Source: Ramazzottius varieornatus (lineage: Eukaryota > Animalia > Tardigrada). From it: a DNA stretch of 64,000 nt. A model generated the notes under the pieces. The model saw only the letters and a program-made list of their open reading frames with translations. It did no database searches and was not told the origin of the DNA. The stretch covers positions 3,827,158 through 3,891,157 of the forward strand of contig BDGG01000003.1 of NCBI GenBank assembly GCA_001949185.1, in the 5' to 3' direction. Numbering within the stretch: position 1 is the stretch's first letter; every line of letters begins with the position of its first letter. The position numbers and the translations under genes were made by a program. Shown piece by piece: positions 12,099-24,900 of this stretch.

Positions 12099-14865
12099 TC
12101 AAAGTATCTGAGAGTTTGTCGTTTCTTCTGCGCCACGTACACCAGGGACGGGAGCAGTGTATGTATGGTCAGTTAGCGATATCGCCGAAATGAAAAACTC
12201 GTCAGTCCCATCAAGTGAAGTATCTTGTTCTGGAGTCACTTCCGGGTTCTCCTCTGCTGAGGGCTGTACAGTCTTTGGCATGTCCACAGTGAACTGCACT
12301 GCATCGTGGACGTAGAAGAGCATGTACCTGCAAGAAGCAACGAGGATGGAGATCCACTCGAACACTATCAAAGCCAAGAAACCGACATCTGGGACCTAGG
12401 CGAATTTATCTGCTGATGTCCCAACTTACGCTTGTAATGCCAAGACATGCGCTTCCGGGAAGCAGAAGACGGCTCGATCGTCTATACACAGCCACCTTCC
12501 GCTCATGTGCTTCAGGTAAATCACGTAGTGTCCGCTGGAGAGCTTGGTTCCTTTATGGACAATCACTCCGTAAAGCGTGTACCTGCCGGAAAAAAAAGAA
12601 ACAAAACGTTCATTGTGCCTTTCGTACAGAGCTTCAATCGCCAGGGCGAATGCTAAATAACATACTTGGTAGCTCCTGTGTGCTCAGGTGCCATGTATTT
12701 CGTCATGTCCAAATTCACCGGAAACTGGATGTGGTCGCGATTCTTCTTGAAGTCTCCATCTCGAGGCTTGGCTTTCGCCGTTTTAGCTACAGCGCGCTGT
12801 AAAGAAAATAAGTCCATGAAACAAGTCAAAATGTTACTGATGCTGATGAAATTCTGAAGTGAGCGAACCTTCAACTGAATGATCAGTACGACGGGAAGAT
12901 GGCGAAACCTGTTGGTACGGTTGGCTCCCGGAAAGTTGACACAGCATTCGTTCTTGATCTCGCACGTGAAATTTTCCATAGTATACCTGCAGCAGAACGA
13001 CAGCTCAAGAAGCGTGTAGAAAAGACCGCCCAGCGTTTCTCACATTCGCAGGCAATCCTCTAAAGACAGGTCTTCCGTCCTGGGTAGTACTTGCGGCTCT
13101 CTTCTTTTCTCTTCCCCGATGGGTAACATGAGCAGCTTGAAGCTGTTTCCTTGAACTCGACCTTGCCTAAGAAGATTCCGCCATACGTCAAAAACTTAAA
13201 GTAAGCCGAGCAAGGAAGGGAAAAGGGAAGGCTCATCCAGATGACTGAGTACCTGCATTTCAGACACGTGGTGGTGAATTCTTCCACACCGGTAAACAAA
13301 TCACACACGATGCAAGAACAGTAAACGCCGTGGTCGACACAGAGGAACGCGGCCTGTCTGTCATGCAGGTGCAGCTTTCTGATGAGTATCTCACTGAACT
13401 TCCGCCCATCTATAAATACAGCAGATCGATTTTGATTACACGCCAATCTCCCAGTGAATTTACCTGACAACTTTTCAAGTACCTTTTTCGGCATTGAGGT
13501 GCATATCGCTGAGGAGCAAATTCAGAATTTCAGCTGGGTCTTGCTGTTCTCCCAGTTCGGAGCCATTGCTGTAAAGGCTGTTCTGCACTGCTTGGAAGAT
13601 TGTCTGAGGGGCGTAACACTGTCCAGCTGGCAAAATGTACAGCTGGAAAAACAGAAGAGCTTCCTCACAGTACCACAGCGACTGTGACTGAGTGATAAGG
13701 TTTTCCTTACGTCGAATATGACGGACGTAAAAGCGCACATGACGCAGTTACGGTCAAAATGCAGCGAGTTGGGTGTACATCGATGAAGTCGAGCCAAGCA
13801 GAAGTCGCGGAAGAGCGGTGTATGGCAGAGCGCCTGCAGTATCACACTCAAGCAGCATGTGTTGGAAAGATTCACGATGCCATGAACTCCTGCGAAGTAC
13901 AGAGAACTTCATTCGGGGATTTCGGCCTTACGTTGTGCTGATATTTACCGACAAGAGGACTTCGTGCGCATCCTTCTTGCAGTGGTTCGGGAAAGAAGCA
14001 TGTCAACTGTTTGACATTCGGGATCCAGCCGTACCGGAGGGCTGATAATAAGCACACCACTAAATGATGCATTGAGAATGGTCGCTTTCTATAATGTAAT
14101 ATTACTAATTAGACCTTACCTGTATCGTATACGGCGGTCAGATGCAAAGACCGCCATTGCTTCATACATTTGTCGACTTGGACCAGCAATTCTCCGCAGG
14201 TGAAACACGCAACGTATCCACACTCGGCGCTGATAGCTAGAAGAACATCGCCACATGCCAATCAGTGTCACTATCATTAGGAAACCATAAGGTCGCCCAC
14301 AAGAATGTAGTTGTATCGATCGGAAGTGAACGTAATAATACTAGACACAGAAACATTGTTACTCACCACAGCTGTGCTCAATATTCGTAGCATGTTCCTT
14401 CATCATCTTTCTGCAGAAGCGTTGCTTGCAATGACAGCATACAAATTCGACGGGCTGTGCGCACCCTCCTCCTTCGCAGGGGGACATTTTCCTCGACTGT
14501 GTAGGATCCTGTAAGACACCTAATATTCTTATCACATTCAGTGAGGATCGTTCGAGGTAAGCAACTAACGAACATACCCACGGTATCAGAGTTTTAGACG
14601 AAGGTACGACAAACTTATCGATAATCTCCGAGTAGAATTCCATGTCCGCGCCATCTAACAGCGCCTTCGGGACGTGAGGACAGATGATGCCTTGTTTGCT
14701 GGAACGGACTGGATTAGTAGCAGCTTTGGCGGCAGCGCGAGTTCGGCCCTTTGTCGTCGCGGTCGTGTCGTTGTCCAGATCCGCGGCGTCTTCAATCAGA
14801 GCAGGTCGTTTCTTGCCTTTGATCTGCTGAGCGTTCCATGCTTTCTTTTTTCCAGCAGCAGGCAT
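12099..14865 (-). CDS. Divergent USP22/USP51-like ubiquitin-specific protease (peptidase C19) with degenerate N-terminal Zn finger
   Basis: Cys box GIVNLSNTCCLSVILQALCHTPLFRDFCL, EQQDPAE, IQFPVNLDMTKYM, His box YTLYGVIVHKGTKLSSGHYVIYLKH...WLCIDD, and YMLFY. GT-AG exon structure. Confidence 0.8.
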
Positions 14866-15659
14866 CGTTCCGTGCAGTGCTCGTACACTGGTACCTATAT
14901 CGTGCTGTACAGATGCTGTTAACAATGGAGGACGATGCTACCGTAGACAGTGGACCGGAAATGCAGGCCAATCCAAGAGCGCAGTCTGCCGGGACTTCTG
15001 ACTTGGCAAAAATATCCAAGCTGGCGAAAGGCAGCTGAAAACAGAACCGCGATTGTCAGTAAAACTTCGACAGGATAGTACCAGGATACTGGACGTGTAA
15101 GTACTTTGTTCGTTAACTAAAAAAAACAACAATTCAACAACGTTCCTGGCACAAAGCGGAGATTGCGATCGTCCTGATCACGGGCAGCGGTGGCCATACA
15201 AAATAATTTGCCGGAAAAGACAGATAGTACCGAGATGTAGGACCTGTGGATGCCGTACTTTTAAGTACAGGCACAATGCAGGACAAAATGAACCGTTAAA
15301 TATAGGTGTATGCAGCCAGACGGTTAAAGCTAATGAAATTTGCGCAAGCAGCAAGACCTAATTCTCATTGCCTGAGTCGCAAGTAAGCTCAGCTGGAGTG
15401 TTGAGCCCATTTTTAACGGTTAATTTTGACGCAACCTGCTGAAGGTTCCAGTTTTGAGTTTGGGCTTTTATGTGAAAACTTTATGCACAAGATACGCACA
15501 ATACGAAACACGAAAATTTTTGTGTGGGAGGAAGAATGCAGACAAGAAAATTCCCGAAAAGAAACCGACCAAGATGGTCTCTGCATTCGGACGTCGCAAT
15601 GAACTCATCCCGAGAACCATGTACAAGCGAAAAGTGTAGAGAAAAACCAAAATGTAAAA

Positions 15660-16240
15660 AACGGATTATTATGCTGGATTAAGCTCCAGGTGAAAAAGCC
15701 AGTAGCAGGTTGTGTCCACCGCCAGTCAACTTGAGTTGATAAAGCGTTGCGAAATTACCGTAGTTCCAGTCTTCCCGCGTGAACAGCTCCTGACCAGTTG
15801 AGATGCTCAGATCGTTACTGAGCTGACAGCGATGAGTTCGGAATGCCAGGCCCTGTCTTGCGATCACTTCTACCAACTAAGGAACAATCTCGAGCACTTC
15901 GTCTTTGTAGTCGGAGTTGGGATCCGCTGGGAGTTCATTGGTAATTAAGAGCTGTTTCATATTGTCAATAGCCAGTCGGTGGCACTTTACCCCCGCATAC
16001 GCGTGAACAAGGTCAGCCTGGTACTGAAGTGAGCAAGAGGTTCTTTAACTAGATGCGTAGCTTTCGCGGCCATACCGCCTGGCCACGCGAAGACAAGGGC
16101 ACAGGTTCGACAATATACAGTTTCTCCGACTCAAAATATTCCAAGAATGAATTGTCTTTAATCAGCGGCAAATCGAGTCCGTTGTGGACTTTGACCTTTT
16201 GCCTTTTTGATGGTGACTCTAGCGTAACCATTTCCGGTGG
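15660..16240 (-). pseudogene. Degenerate hAT-family (ZMYM1/DUF4371-like) transposase fragment
   Basis: Peptide HAYAGVKCHRLA...VEVIARQGLAFRTH...NYGNFATL resembles the LARQGLAFRGH...N.GNF motif. In-frame stops are present and no TIRs were found. Confidence 0.55.
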
Positions 16241-17572
16241 GTGATTTGTGTCTAGGGTTGTCAGAGTCCGTAGGAATTCTTCGGGAATGTTCCGACAGTT
16301 CGTACCTTATAAGACGGCGATATCAGGACGTGGCGACCGTTTTGTTCGAATTGAAGCCGTGGAGTTGAGGTCGCTGACGCCACAGCTAAGATCGTCGTGC
16401 AGCTTGTCTTAGGTGAGCGGTACGTTGTTCCAACAAACGATGCAGCGACATTAGGATAGCTCGCCGCGTGGTACTCGGACCATACCGTCAGATAGGTCAC
16501 AACGATTAAAGCAGCAAGGCAAGTTTTCATCATGATTTTCAAGTTTAAACGCAGTAACACACTCCTCGAATACTTTTGATCTGAAATTCAGGCTATCAGA
16601 GGTTTAAGTAGGACGGCGGGGCAGTGTTTCCCCCATACGACGACAACAAGGAAAAAAGGAAAGTGCGATCTTATCCGTGGTTGCATAACAGGACACAAGA
16701 TCGAGACCCGTTCGGCCGTAGCCAGCCCGTTTAGACTTATGGACAACCAGGGTCCAACGTGATCTTTACGCTCAATCGCCCGCTGCAAAACAGTCGTTCT
16801 GTGACGAATGCAGCTCGTTGAAATGCGTCTGACGAACGTAGCTTTCAAATTCGATTGAGATGGTTTCGGAGGCTTTCAAAGATATTAGTGTAATGAAGTC
16901 ACCAGCCTAGTTTTACGGTCTGCCCGAATGCACGTTACGGCTATACTTTCCGTCTTCCATATGGACTGATTGAACTAAATCCGCTGTAGCAAATCAATCA
17001 ATTGTGCCAGACCGGTACTTGTGAAGCGCATTGACAGCAATCGATGTTGTGTTTGGGTGAGGTCTAAGGAGTTGCCTTGCTGGTGACTAAGTTTGTAGAA
17101 CATGACGCACTGGATGTCCAGCATCTTCCATATCGTATAAAACCAAATTCGAAAAATTGATTTTTCCTACCTGGTTACGTCATCCTACTTGTACTTCACT
17201 TTAAAAGTTACGTCATCGACAGGTCATACTTTTGCCACACTCGCTGTCTTTCATGGCAAATATATTGCATTGGCCGCGACAGATGACGGCCAATTCTCAC
17301 GTTTTGGTGCTGATAAAACCCGCCTACCAGGTGACGTCAGCACGAAAGCAACAGGTGTTCCATTCTTCCATTATTGTTGTTTTTGCCTTCATGATTGTTC
17401 CAAAAAACAGGTTGCCTTCCGGGCCACTCCATCCTATGATCTAACGATCACTTCGCCTGCAAAATAATCTGCGTCAGGGCTGCTGGGGGACAACCAGACC
17501 AGGCTGATCGGACCGTCAAGAGAGGTTCCTGCTGTGCTCAAGCGGATCACCGGACCAAGCGACATTGTCAAC

Positions 17573-20500
17573 ATGCATCCATTACTCCTTCGTGTTCTCC
17601 AATACAATGACCTATCCATCGCGGGAGACTTGTTCTCAGTATCAGATGCCGATATCGTCAAAGACCTACTTGAAGTATGGATAAGGCTTATGCTGGAGAC
17701 AACCTTATGTCTTACGTTACGGATATGTTTGCCGTGTGTTACATGTTAATTGTTGATTACAGGTGTGCCCAGTGCTAGAAAGCTTGATTACTGATCCTTT
17801 GTACCTGTCTAACGCGAACAGCCAGAGTGTGGTGGAGATTTGCGTGTGCCGAGTTCTTTCTGCTGTGCGAGGAACAGTCTCTGTAGGCAAGAATGTTGCC
17901 CACCTGTTACGACTGTTGAATCGCTGCCTGCAGTTCGACCTGACTACGCAGTCCAATGGACAAGATTCCCCGCATGCTAAGATCGCTTCGGATATCATAA
18001 ACTGCATATTCCGAGTAAGCATGGTCTTGGCTGCGTTGACCTCAAAACATCACTCATGGTTAATTTTTTTCTTTAGACTTACGATCAGAAGGATGTGATG
18101 GAAGCCGCGCTGCCCACCGGACTTCGGTTTCTTACCTGTGATAATCGAGATTTGTCGCGGAAGATGTCCTGTTATGTTTCGCTTATAGTCATTCACCAGC
18201 CATTCTTAGCTTCTTTGTACGTGGCAGATTTTGTGAGAGCCATCTTAAAAGGTGAGTGAAAACTGGCATCTTCACGCTAACACCTCTGCATACGGATTGG
18301 CTGTTGCGGATCAATGTAACTGTTCAGGAAACCTCCAACTGACCACTGTCCTTTCGCATCTTTACAACCTAAACCCGAAACCTGTCATGGATCACATCGG
18401 CGATCTGGTGCAGTTACTCCCCAACTGCGGCGACAACGAGAAGGAACATTTACTGAATACATGTAACTTGATAGTTCAAGATCACCCGCAGGTTTGTGTG
18501 ATACTGAATGTTCGTAAAATTAAAAATTCTGCTTAGTTGTATAGTAGGGAATTGAGCCTACGTATTTTGTGCAGGAAGTGTGGCCGGTGGTTGGTACGCT
18601 GGTCGATGTGATGAGCGACCCTAAGTGCGAAACTACCGTCTTGCGCATCTTCTCGACCATAGCCCGGCATAGTGCAGTACCCTTCCTGACACACCTGAGA
18701 AAGATAAAGCTGATGGTTGACAACAACCCGACTTCCCTGTCGGCGGCATCTGGAATCTTCGGAGCTGTTGGAAAACTGGGCGAGGTTGGTTGTGGGAGCC
18801 TTAGTTTAAAACTTTTCTGCAGTTCGCTAACTGGACTTTTTTTAGGCTCCAGCGAAAGACTGTCTGCAGTATATGATTTCGCGATCCATCCTGATCGACA
18901 GTAGCCAAGTTCCATACTTGATTCACGAAATTCGGACGCTTCTGAACTTGTATCCACATCTGACCGAAGATGTGAATCTTCTCTTGGCTAAAAATTCGGC
19001 TGGCGGAAACGCAAACATCGAAGCGATCTCGTCAGCACTGAAAAATCCCGAGGACCTTCATCTAAGCAGCCGTTTCTTGTAAGTGGTCGCTTGCGCTGTC
19101 GGTCCTGATTAACAGTCGCAATATTTGGGCAAACAGTCTCGACAAGAGTGTTTTCCCAAGTTGTGCATGTCATTGGTGCTGTTGGCGGAAAGCGTGCTCC
19201 ATTTGGAAACGCGATCTTGTCCAGTTTGCTTGCCCAGGTCTCATTTTGTCTTTCGTATCGTTCACCGAGTCTATCTTTTCTCCAGGAACGAGCAAGACTT
19301 GTCGTATGCTGGTTTCATGAATGAACCACCTCCTTATCCGACTTCCAGGGATGAGCCGCTGTGGGATTCCGGCAGCCGGTCATACTTGCCTCTCCTGTCA
19401 CCTTCCGCAGCTCGCTACCACGGTCTGGGAAAGAGCTCAGTGGAAGTTCGCCAGATTTCGACCGCCACCAGCAAGAACAGGCCGCACTTTTATGGCTCGA
19501 CAAACTACGTTCCACCAAACAGGAACGTGGCTAACGGCCGCGGTTCCATTGGCAGTATCGCGGCGGCTAAAACAAGCCAACATTCGCTGCATTCTCGCAA
19601 CAACAGCCGTCAGTCACTCAGTAAGCTCTGATGTCACTTTTACAAGTAAAAGCAGAATAATTCGTATATGAAGACAGCAGAATCAAGCGCGTTGTTTTAT
19701 TGAAGGCTCTTCCGGGCTGTTGTCCGCGGCAAACAAGAGACCAAGCCGAGGAAATGTCCTGGGCAGCTCGGAACTGAATGGAAAAGCGCACGTCATACCG
19801 TTAGTTTCTTTATCGATCTTCCTCCTTAATGCACATGCTTCTGAGTTGACTCGAGGTGCTTATCAGTTGGTTCATCAGTGTCTGTATTTATATGGATGGT
19901 TATTCTCCAGGTCTCTGTCGCCGATTTACTCACGCACCGAAGGTCAGATTTACGGTCACACCGGAAACGCCCCGGACTCGCTGTCAACTTTCGTAGTAGA
20001 GAATTCCATTCTGTCCAAATCGAACGAAGCCATTTCGGTACGGTCGCGTCGAAGTGCCAGCCGGCACTCGTTGGTTCCTCGTCCCCGAAGTAGGATCGTG
20101 GACGCTGCTGACCAGCCACAAGTTATCCAAGTCGTGCCGATCCATGACGCAGGTATGTTCCCAGCATTTGTAGCTTTGCAGGATGATCCACCAAGTTGCT
20201 CTGTTCTTCTACAGTGTATCAGTTCTGTGACCGGAACTTGGACAAGATTAGGAAGTATATGGCTGGCGTCTTTGTGCAGTTTCCCTTACCCGTACGATGC
20301 GGTATTGAAGGTACGATGAGCCACAACTTGAAAAATTCCCGCGACTTTAAGATATTGATAGTTTTCCAAACTGGAAACCTGCAAACGAAACATACAAGCT
20401 CGCTGTTTCAAATGGCGCAGGTTTTCATTGTCTTAGCTTGAGGCATGCGCCACTTAATTCAGTGCTGTTGTCCGCTTCGTTTGCTTCGACCTGTCAAATG

Positions 20501-21677
20501 TTTTCATGGCTTTCAAAAGTCGTCTGGTACCAAACCGTATAAAATCTGGTTTGCAGAACACAAAGGGCGGAAACATTGCAACTTGTTCTTCGCTTGTCAG
20601 TGTAGAGGCGATCAGTGTCTGTACGCCGCACGGATGTTCAGTTTCGTCACGGAGATTCCAAAGGTCTGGATTCACCTGATGTTTCTAGCTATCCAGGTAA
20701 GAGCGACCTTTCGTTTGTTTGGACTGCTTTCTGAAGTCAATACCGAAGATCTGCACTACTCTTGACGAGTCGTGAAATTTATTAATGTGCTGATAGGCAA
20801 AGTCCAGCACTGCGTTGAACCAGCAAGATTCAGCTGTGCACGGTCTGAAACTGTGCTGGGACTCGCTGGGCACTCGAAAAGATTTTGCCACTCTGGTCAC
20901 TTCCGCCTTTCCTTCCTCGTCAATGCAAGACGCCCTTCTGAGAGAATTGTCAAACGCAAGATACTTTGACATATTCGAATACAACGCCTCCATTAAACAG
21001 TGGTATAAAGTTTTCACCAAAGTCCTTATCGACCTTCAAATTAATTCTCGATGCGCGCTTCTAGGGGATGCTTTCTGTGCAACTACCCGGAAAAGGCTCA
21101 TGCCATGTTCACGAATGGAGTGCCTTTGATGGAGGTGAGTTAGTCCTTTGTCTTTTATCGGAAGTCGATCAATGATCACCCCGATGAGCTGAATTCTACT
21201 GTAGGGAACGCTGAAAGAAAAGAAGGGGAGATGGGCCTTCCTCAAACGATGGAAGACACGACATTTCACACTTTCCGGTCCATTCCTGACTTACAAGGTA
21301 CTATGTTCCAACACCTGATGAGTGTGGAAACGTGCGCCAATCTGGAGCTGGTTTGGGTTTAGAAACGCGAGAAAACGGTACCCATCGATATGCGCCGGAT
21401 TCGCAGCCTGAAGGCGGTGAACGCGCGCGGCATTCGTTCCATACCCACCGTTTTTGAGGTCTTCACCAACGACGACAAAGTGTTTATGTTGAAGGCAAAC
21501 GACTCCAACAACGCACAGAAGTGGTACTAATTTCCGACTTCGACTTGTGTACTTTTAGAGTTGAATACTTCTGAAAACACTCCTCCATGATATAATGTGT
21601 TCGAAATTTGCAGGTTGCAGTGCTTACAGATTGCCATGGCGCAGTCTCATCGCGAAGAATATTCGAGAACTTACTGA
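17573..21677 (+). CDS. VEPH1: Melted/VEPH1 PH-domain protein, multi-exon
   Basis: N-terminus [64 protein letters not shown], and a C-terminal PH domain ([12 protein letters not shown]...FEVFT...[13 protein letters not shown]). Confidence 0.92.
19119..19243. repeat. 125-bp intronic palindromic element, copy 1 (VEPH1 intron)
   Basis: AAGTTGTGCAT(19158)-N25-GTGCTCCATTT. Outer arms GGGCAAACAGTCTCGACAAGA and TCTTGTCCAGTTTGCTTGCCC. Confidence 0.85.
20371..20494. repeat. 125-bp intronic palindromic element, copy 2 (VEPH1 intron)
   Basis: AAATGGCGCAG(20410)-N24-ATGCGCCACTT. Outer arms GCAAACGAA and TTCGTTTGC. Confidence 0.8.
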
Positions 21678-21953
21678 GAACCCGATACAGCTTTCCGGTT
21701 AGTCTGTGATAAACTCTTACTCTTGTTGTGGACTTCTGTTTTTTATCCACGTTGTTGTTGTTCAATGGAATGGCAGAAAGAATGACAGTCAAATGAAGGA
21801 CCAAAATGTTTTCTTTTTGTCATTTGTCATGTACTGTATTCATAAAACGAAACCTTTAATTTGTATGCCGGGAAAACCGATAGAAAGAAGTAAAAATTGT
21901 GAAAAAGAAGTGCTGTACGATTTTGGAAGGCTAGAATTTGAATGAATTCCTAC

Positions 21954-24900
21954 TCAACGCTGAGCAGCGGCATCGTCCATAACCCGCGCTTCCGGCATCC
22001 TCACAATAGCCACCAGTTCGTTGTTCTTGAAGTCATCAAGAACTCTGTAACCACCAGGATGCTATAAGGAACGAAAACTCACCTGTAACTCGTACGGTTA
22101 ATAACTTACTCTTGACTGAAAGACAACGGTGTCAAGAAGATGAACTGGCGCTGTGATTCTACCGCGGAATGGATCAGACGAGTCATGGCTGTATCGCGAT
22201 TGATCATGTCCTGCCAGAAGAAAAACGTTTGTTGTCAACCTCAACGTTCAATAACCTGAAAGCACCAAGGGACTGTCAATGTTCGTACCATGAAAACGTC
22301 GAACTCGTCGAGTACGCGGAAAGGTATCTCGATAAGTTGCCATAAAGCTACCAGGAAGCAGACCATCGTGTAGGATCGCTCGCCACCTGACAGAGATTTA
22401 ACGCTGGAACCAGCACCAGTGCCACTCTCACCACCACTTCCTGCTTTAGCCTTGACGTTGAACTTCAAGGTCTTGTTGTCGTGGTCAAGCTCGATCTGTC
22501 CCTCATAGCGACTCGCACTTTCTTGCATTAAGTGCTCGAAACATTTTTGGAGAATCTCGCTGGCCTTGGCGCGCGACGTCAGGAAGTTGTGTTCTCGAAT
22601 GATAGCATTCTTATCCATCAACTGAAATCGAAAGACCATTTTCCCTACATACGGAAATACTTTTTCTCTTCAGAACATCTTTATGTCTCATTCATCATTC
22701 GGCAGTTCGGCAAACAAACTCGCTAACACCGTTCCCAGGTGGTGCAAGTTTCCTTTGTCGTTGGCTGGAAGCGTGCGCCACTTGATAAAATGATCTAGAT
22801 GAGTCGGTTTTCCCAGCTCCTATTGTAACTCTGGTTGATTTTTTTATCTGAAAGAAATTCAGCGCATCCTTCTGCTTACCTCGACTGCTTCTTGGGCTTG
22901 GATTAGCTGGCCTTCCACTTCCTCTTTCTGCTTGGTCAGTTCCGCCAGTTTGTCTCGGCATCGTTCCCAGGAGTTCTCGTAATCGCGTTCGAGGTTGCGG
23001 AGTGAAGCTTTCATCTTGTCGATCATCGTTTCTAGTTGTTCTTGGCTTTCCTTGACTTTGACTCGCAACCGCCTCTCTTGCACGCCTTCCTCCAGAAGCT
23101 GGGCTTTCATTTTCTGCAGCAAAATTAAGCTAAAGCGATTTCTCAATCGCCTAACAAGCATACCCTCATCACTACACCGCGGTCCTAAAATATACCTCGC
23201 ATTCTTCGGTAGCTTCCGTCCACTCGCCTTGCCGTTGTCGTACGGCGTTCTCCAGAGCGGTAGTGGTCCTCTCTGCGTTCCGAACTTCCGATTCCTTCTC
23301 TGCAATCTTCACCTCTAGCTGCACGATAGCACTCTAGAACGCCGAACAGGACAAAGATACAAGTCATACAACAGGTAACTATTAGAAGGTATGTGTATGT
23401 GAAGCCTTCGTGCACCTACGTACGCCTGATCGTGCGGTTACTACGGTATAATTGTATGCAGGTCCATGCTGCCAGCCGATCTTTCGTACGTACCGTGAGG
23501 TCCTCTTGTCGTGTCAGTTCCTCCCGCGCTTGCTCTTTCATCTTGTTGTAGTTCGTTTCAGCTTTCGCTTCCTTGGCTTTGGCTTTCTGAAAAGCCGCCT
23601 CCAGTGTGGCGACCTCTTCGGTTGCTCGAGAAATCTTGAGCTTCAGTTCGTCCACTTCTTCGACAAGAGCCTGAATGTCGGTCGGCTGCGCACATCTGGT
23701 TGTCTGGAGCTCGTTCCTGAAAGTTACAGTAGTATAAATTTAATATGATTTTACGCTAACTTACCATTTGATAAAACTTGACAAATATTCTAGACCTACT
23801 CGAAGCTGGTCAGGCGAGTTTGCAGTTTCGTTTCCTCATCCTGAAGTTTCCTAATGTCCGCGTTCTTCCTTTTGATGCTATCCTTCAGCTGATTACCCTT
23901 GATCGTAAGCTCCGCTTTTTCCGCCTCTTTGGTTTTCATGACAGCAACCTTCGCATCCCGCTCATTCTTCAACTTACTGAAAGAGACAATGGTACACTAC
24001 AATAGAAACTGGACCCAGGCAAACAGAACTCGACGAGATCGTTTTGCAAGGGCGCGCGTTTCCAGCCAGTGCAGCCACTAACATTGACAACTTGCGCCAC
24101 TTGTGAAAGAGATCTTCTCGACTTTGTATACCGAACTTCTCAAATGTACACGCAGGAAGAGGAAGTTTGGGTACACTGAAAGACAAACTCTATAACGAAA
24201 GGAGCTCACCTGATCTGGGACGCGAAATCCGCGCTAAGAATACTGACTGCATTGGTCCGGTTATTCGGTATGAACTGATAGCCATCGCTGTCTTTGCTGT
24301 GATGATTTCCTTGAATGTCCAAAATCTACAACGGTGTAAGCATCAGAGAATCACGTGTGGCACAAAGGGAGGCTCTTGAAAGGTACTAAGAGTTTTGAGA
24401 AGATGTTACATGTTTGCAGTTCGGAAACCCGGCGTCTTCCCTGTAATGCTTTCGGGCGGAGTCTGGCGTGGGCATGACGATGATCCTGTGCAAGTCCAAC
24501 GCGTCGACCAGGACGTTTCGCACATGGGGGTGCTTGAAGGTCAGAAGTTCACCCACGCTAGGATGAGGCGCTGTACAAGCCTTTGAAAACACTTGTGGTG
24601 AATATCGTTTCACTGAGAAACCCAACACCAACATTCTGCCTTATTTTACACAGAAAATTATAGTCGAAACGAGAGTGAGCCTTACATCGTTGAAATTCAT
24701 TTCGGTTTCCTGTCGATAAAACACCGTCAGTGTGGGTACGAGTACATCGAGTATAGGAATTGGGGCGTCGGCAGATGACTTGGACATGCTTGTTCTTCCA
24801 AGTGGTGCACAATAACATTCAATGATTATCAATAACAACAGAACCGTGCGACAATTGTAATAAGGATCATGTTCAATTCATTTGCCGATGTCCCCATCAA

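Noticed and set aside
19785-19910. Possible GC-AG intron in VEPH1
   Set aside because: The frame is open through the region and the exon boundary cannot be fixed without transcripts.
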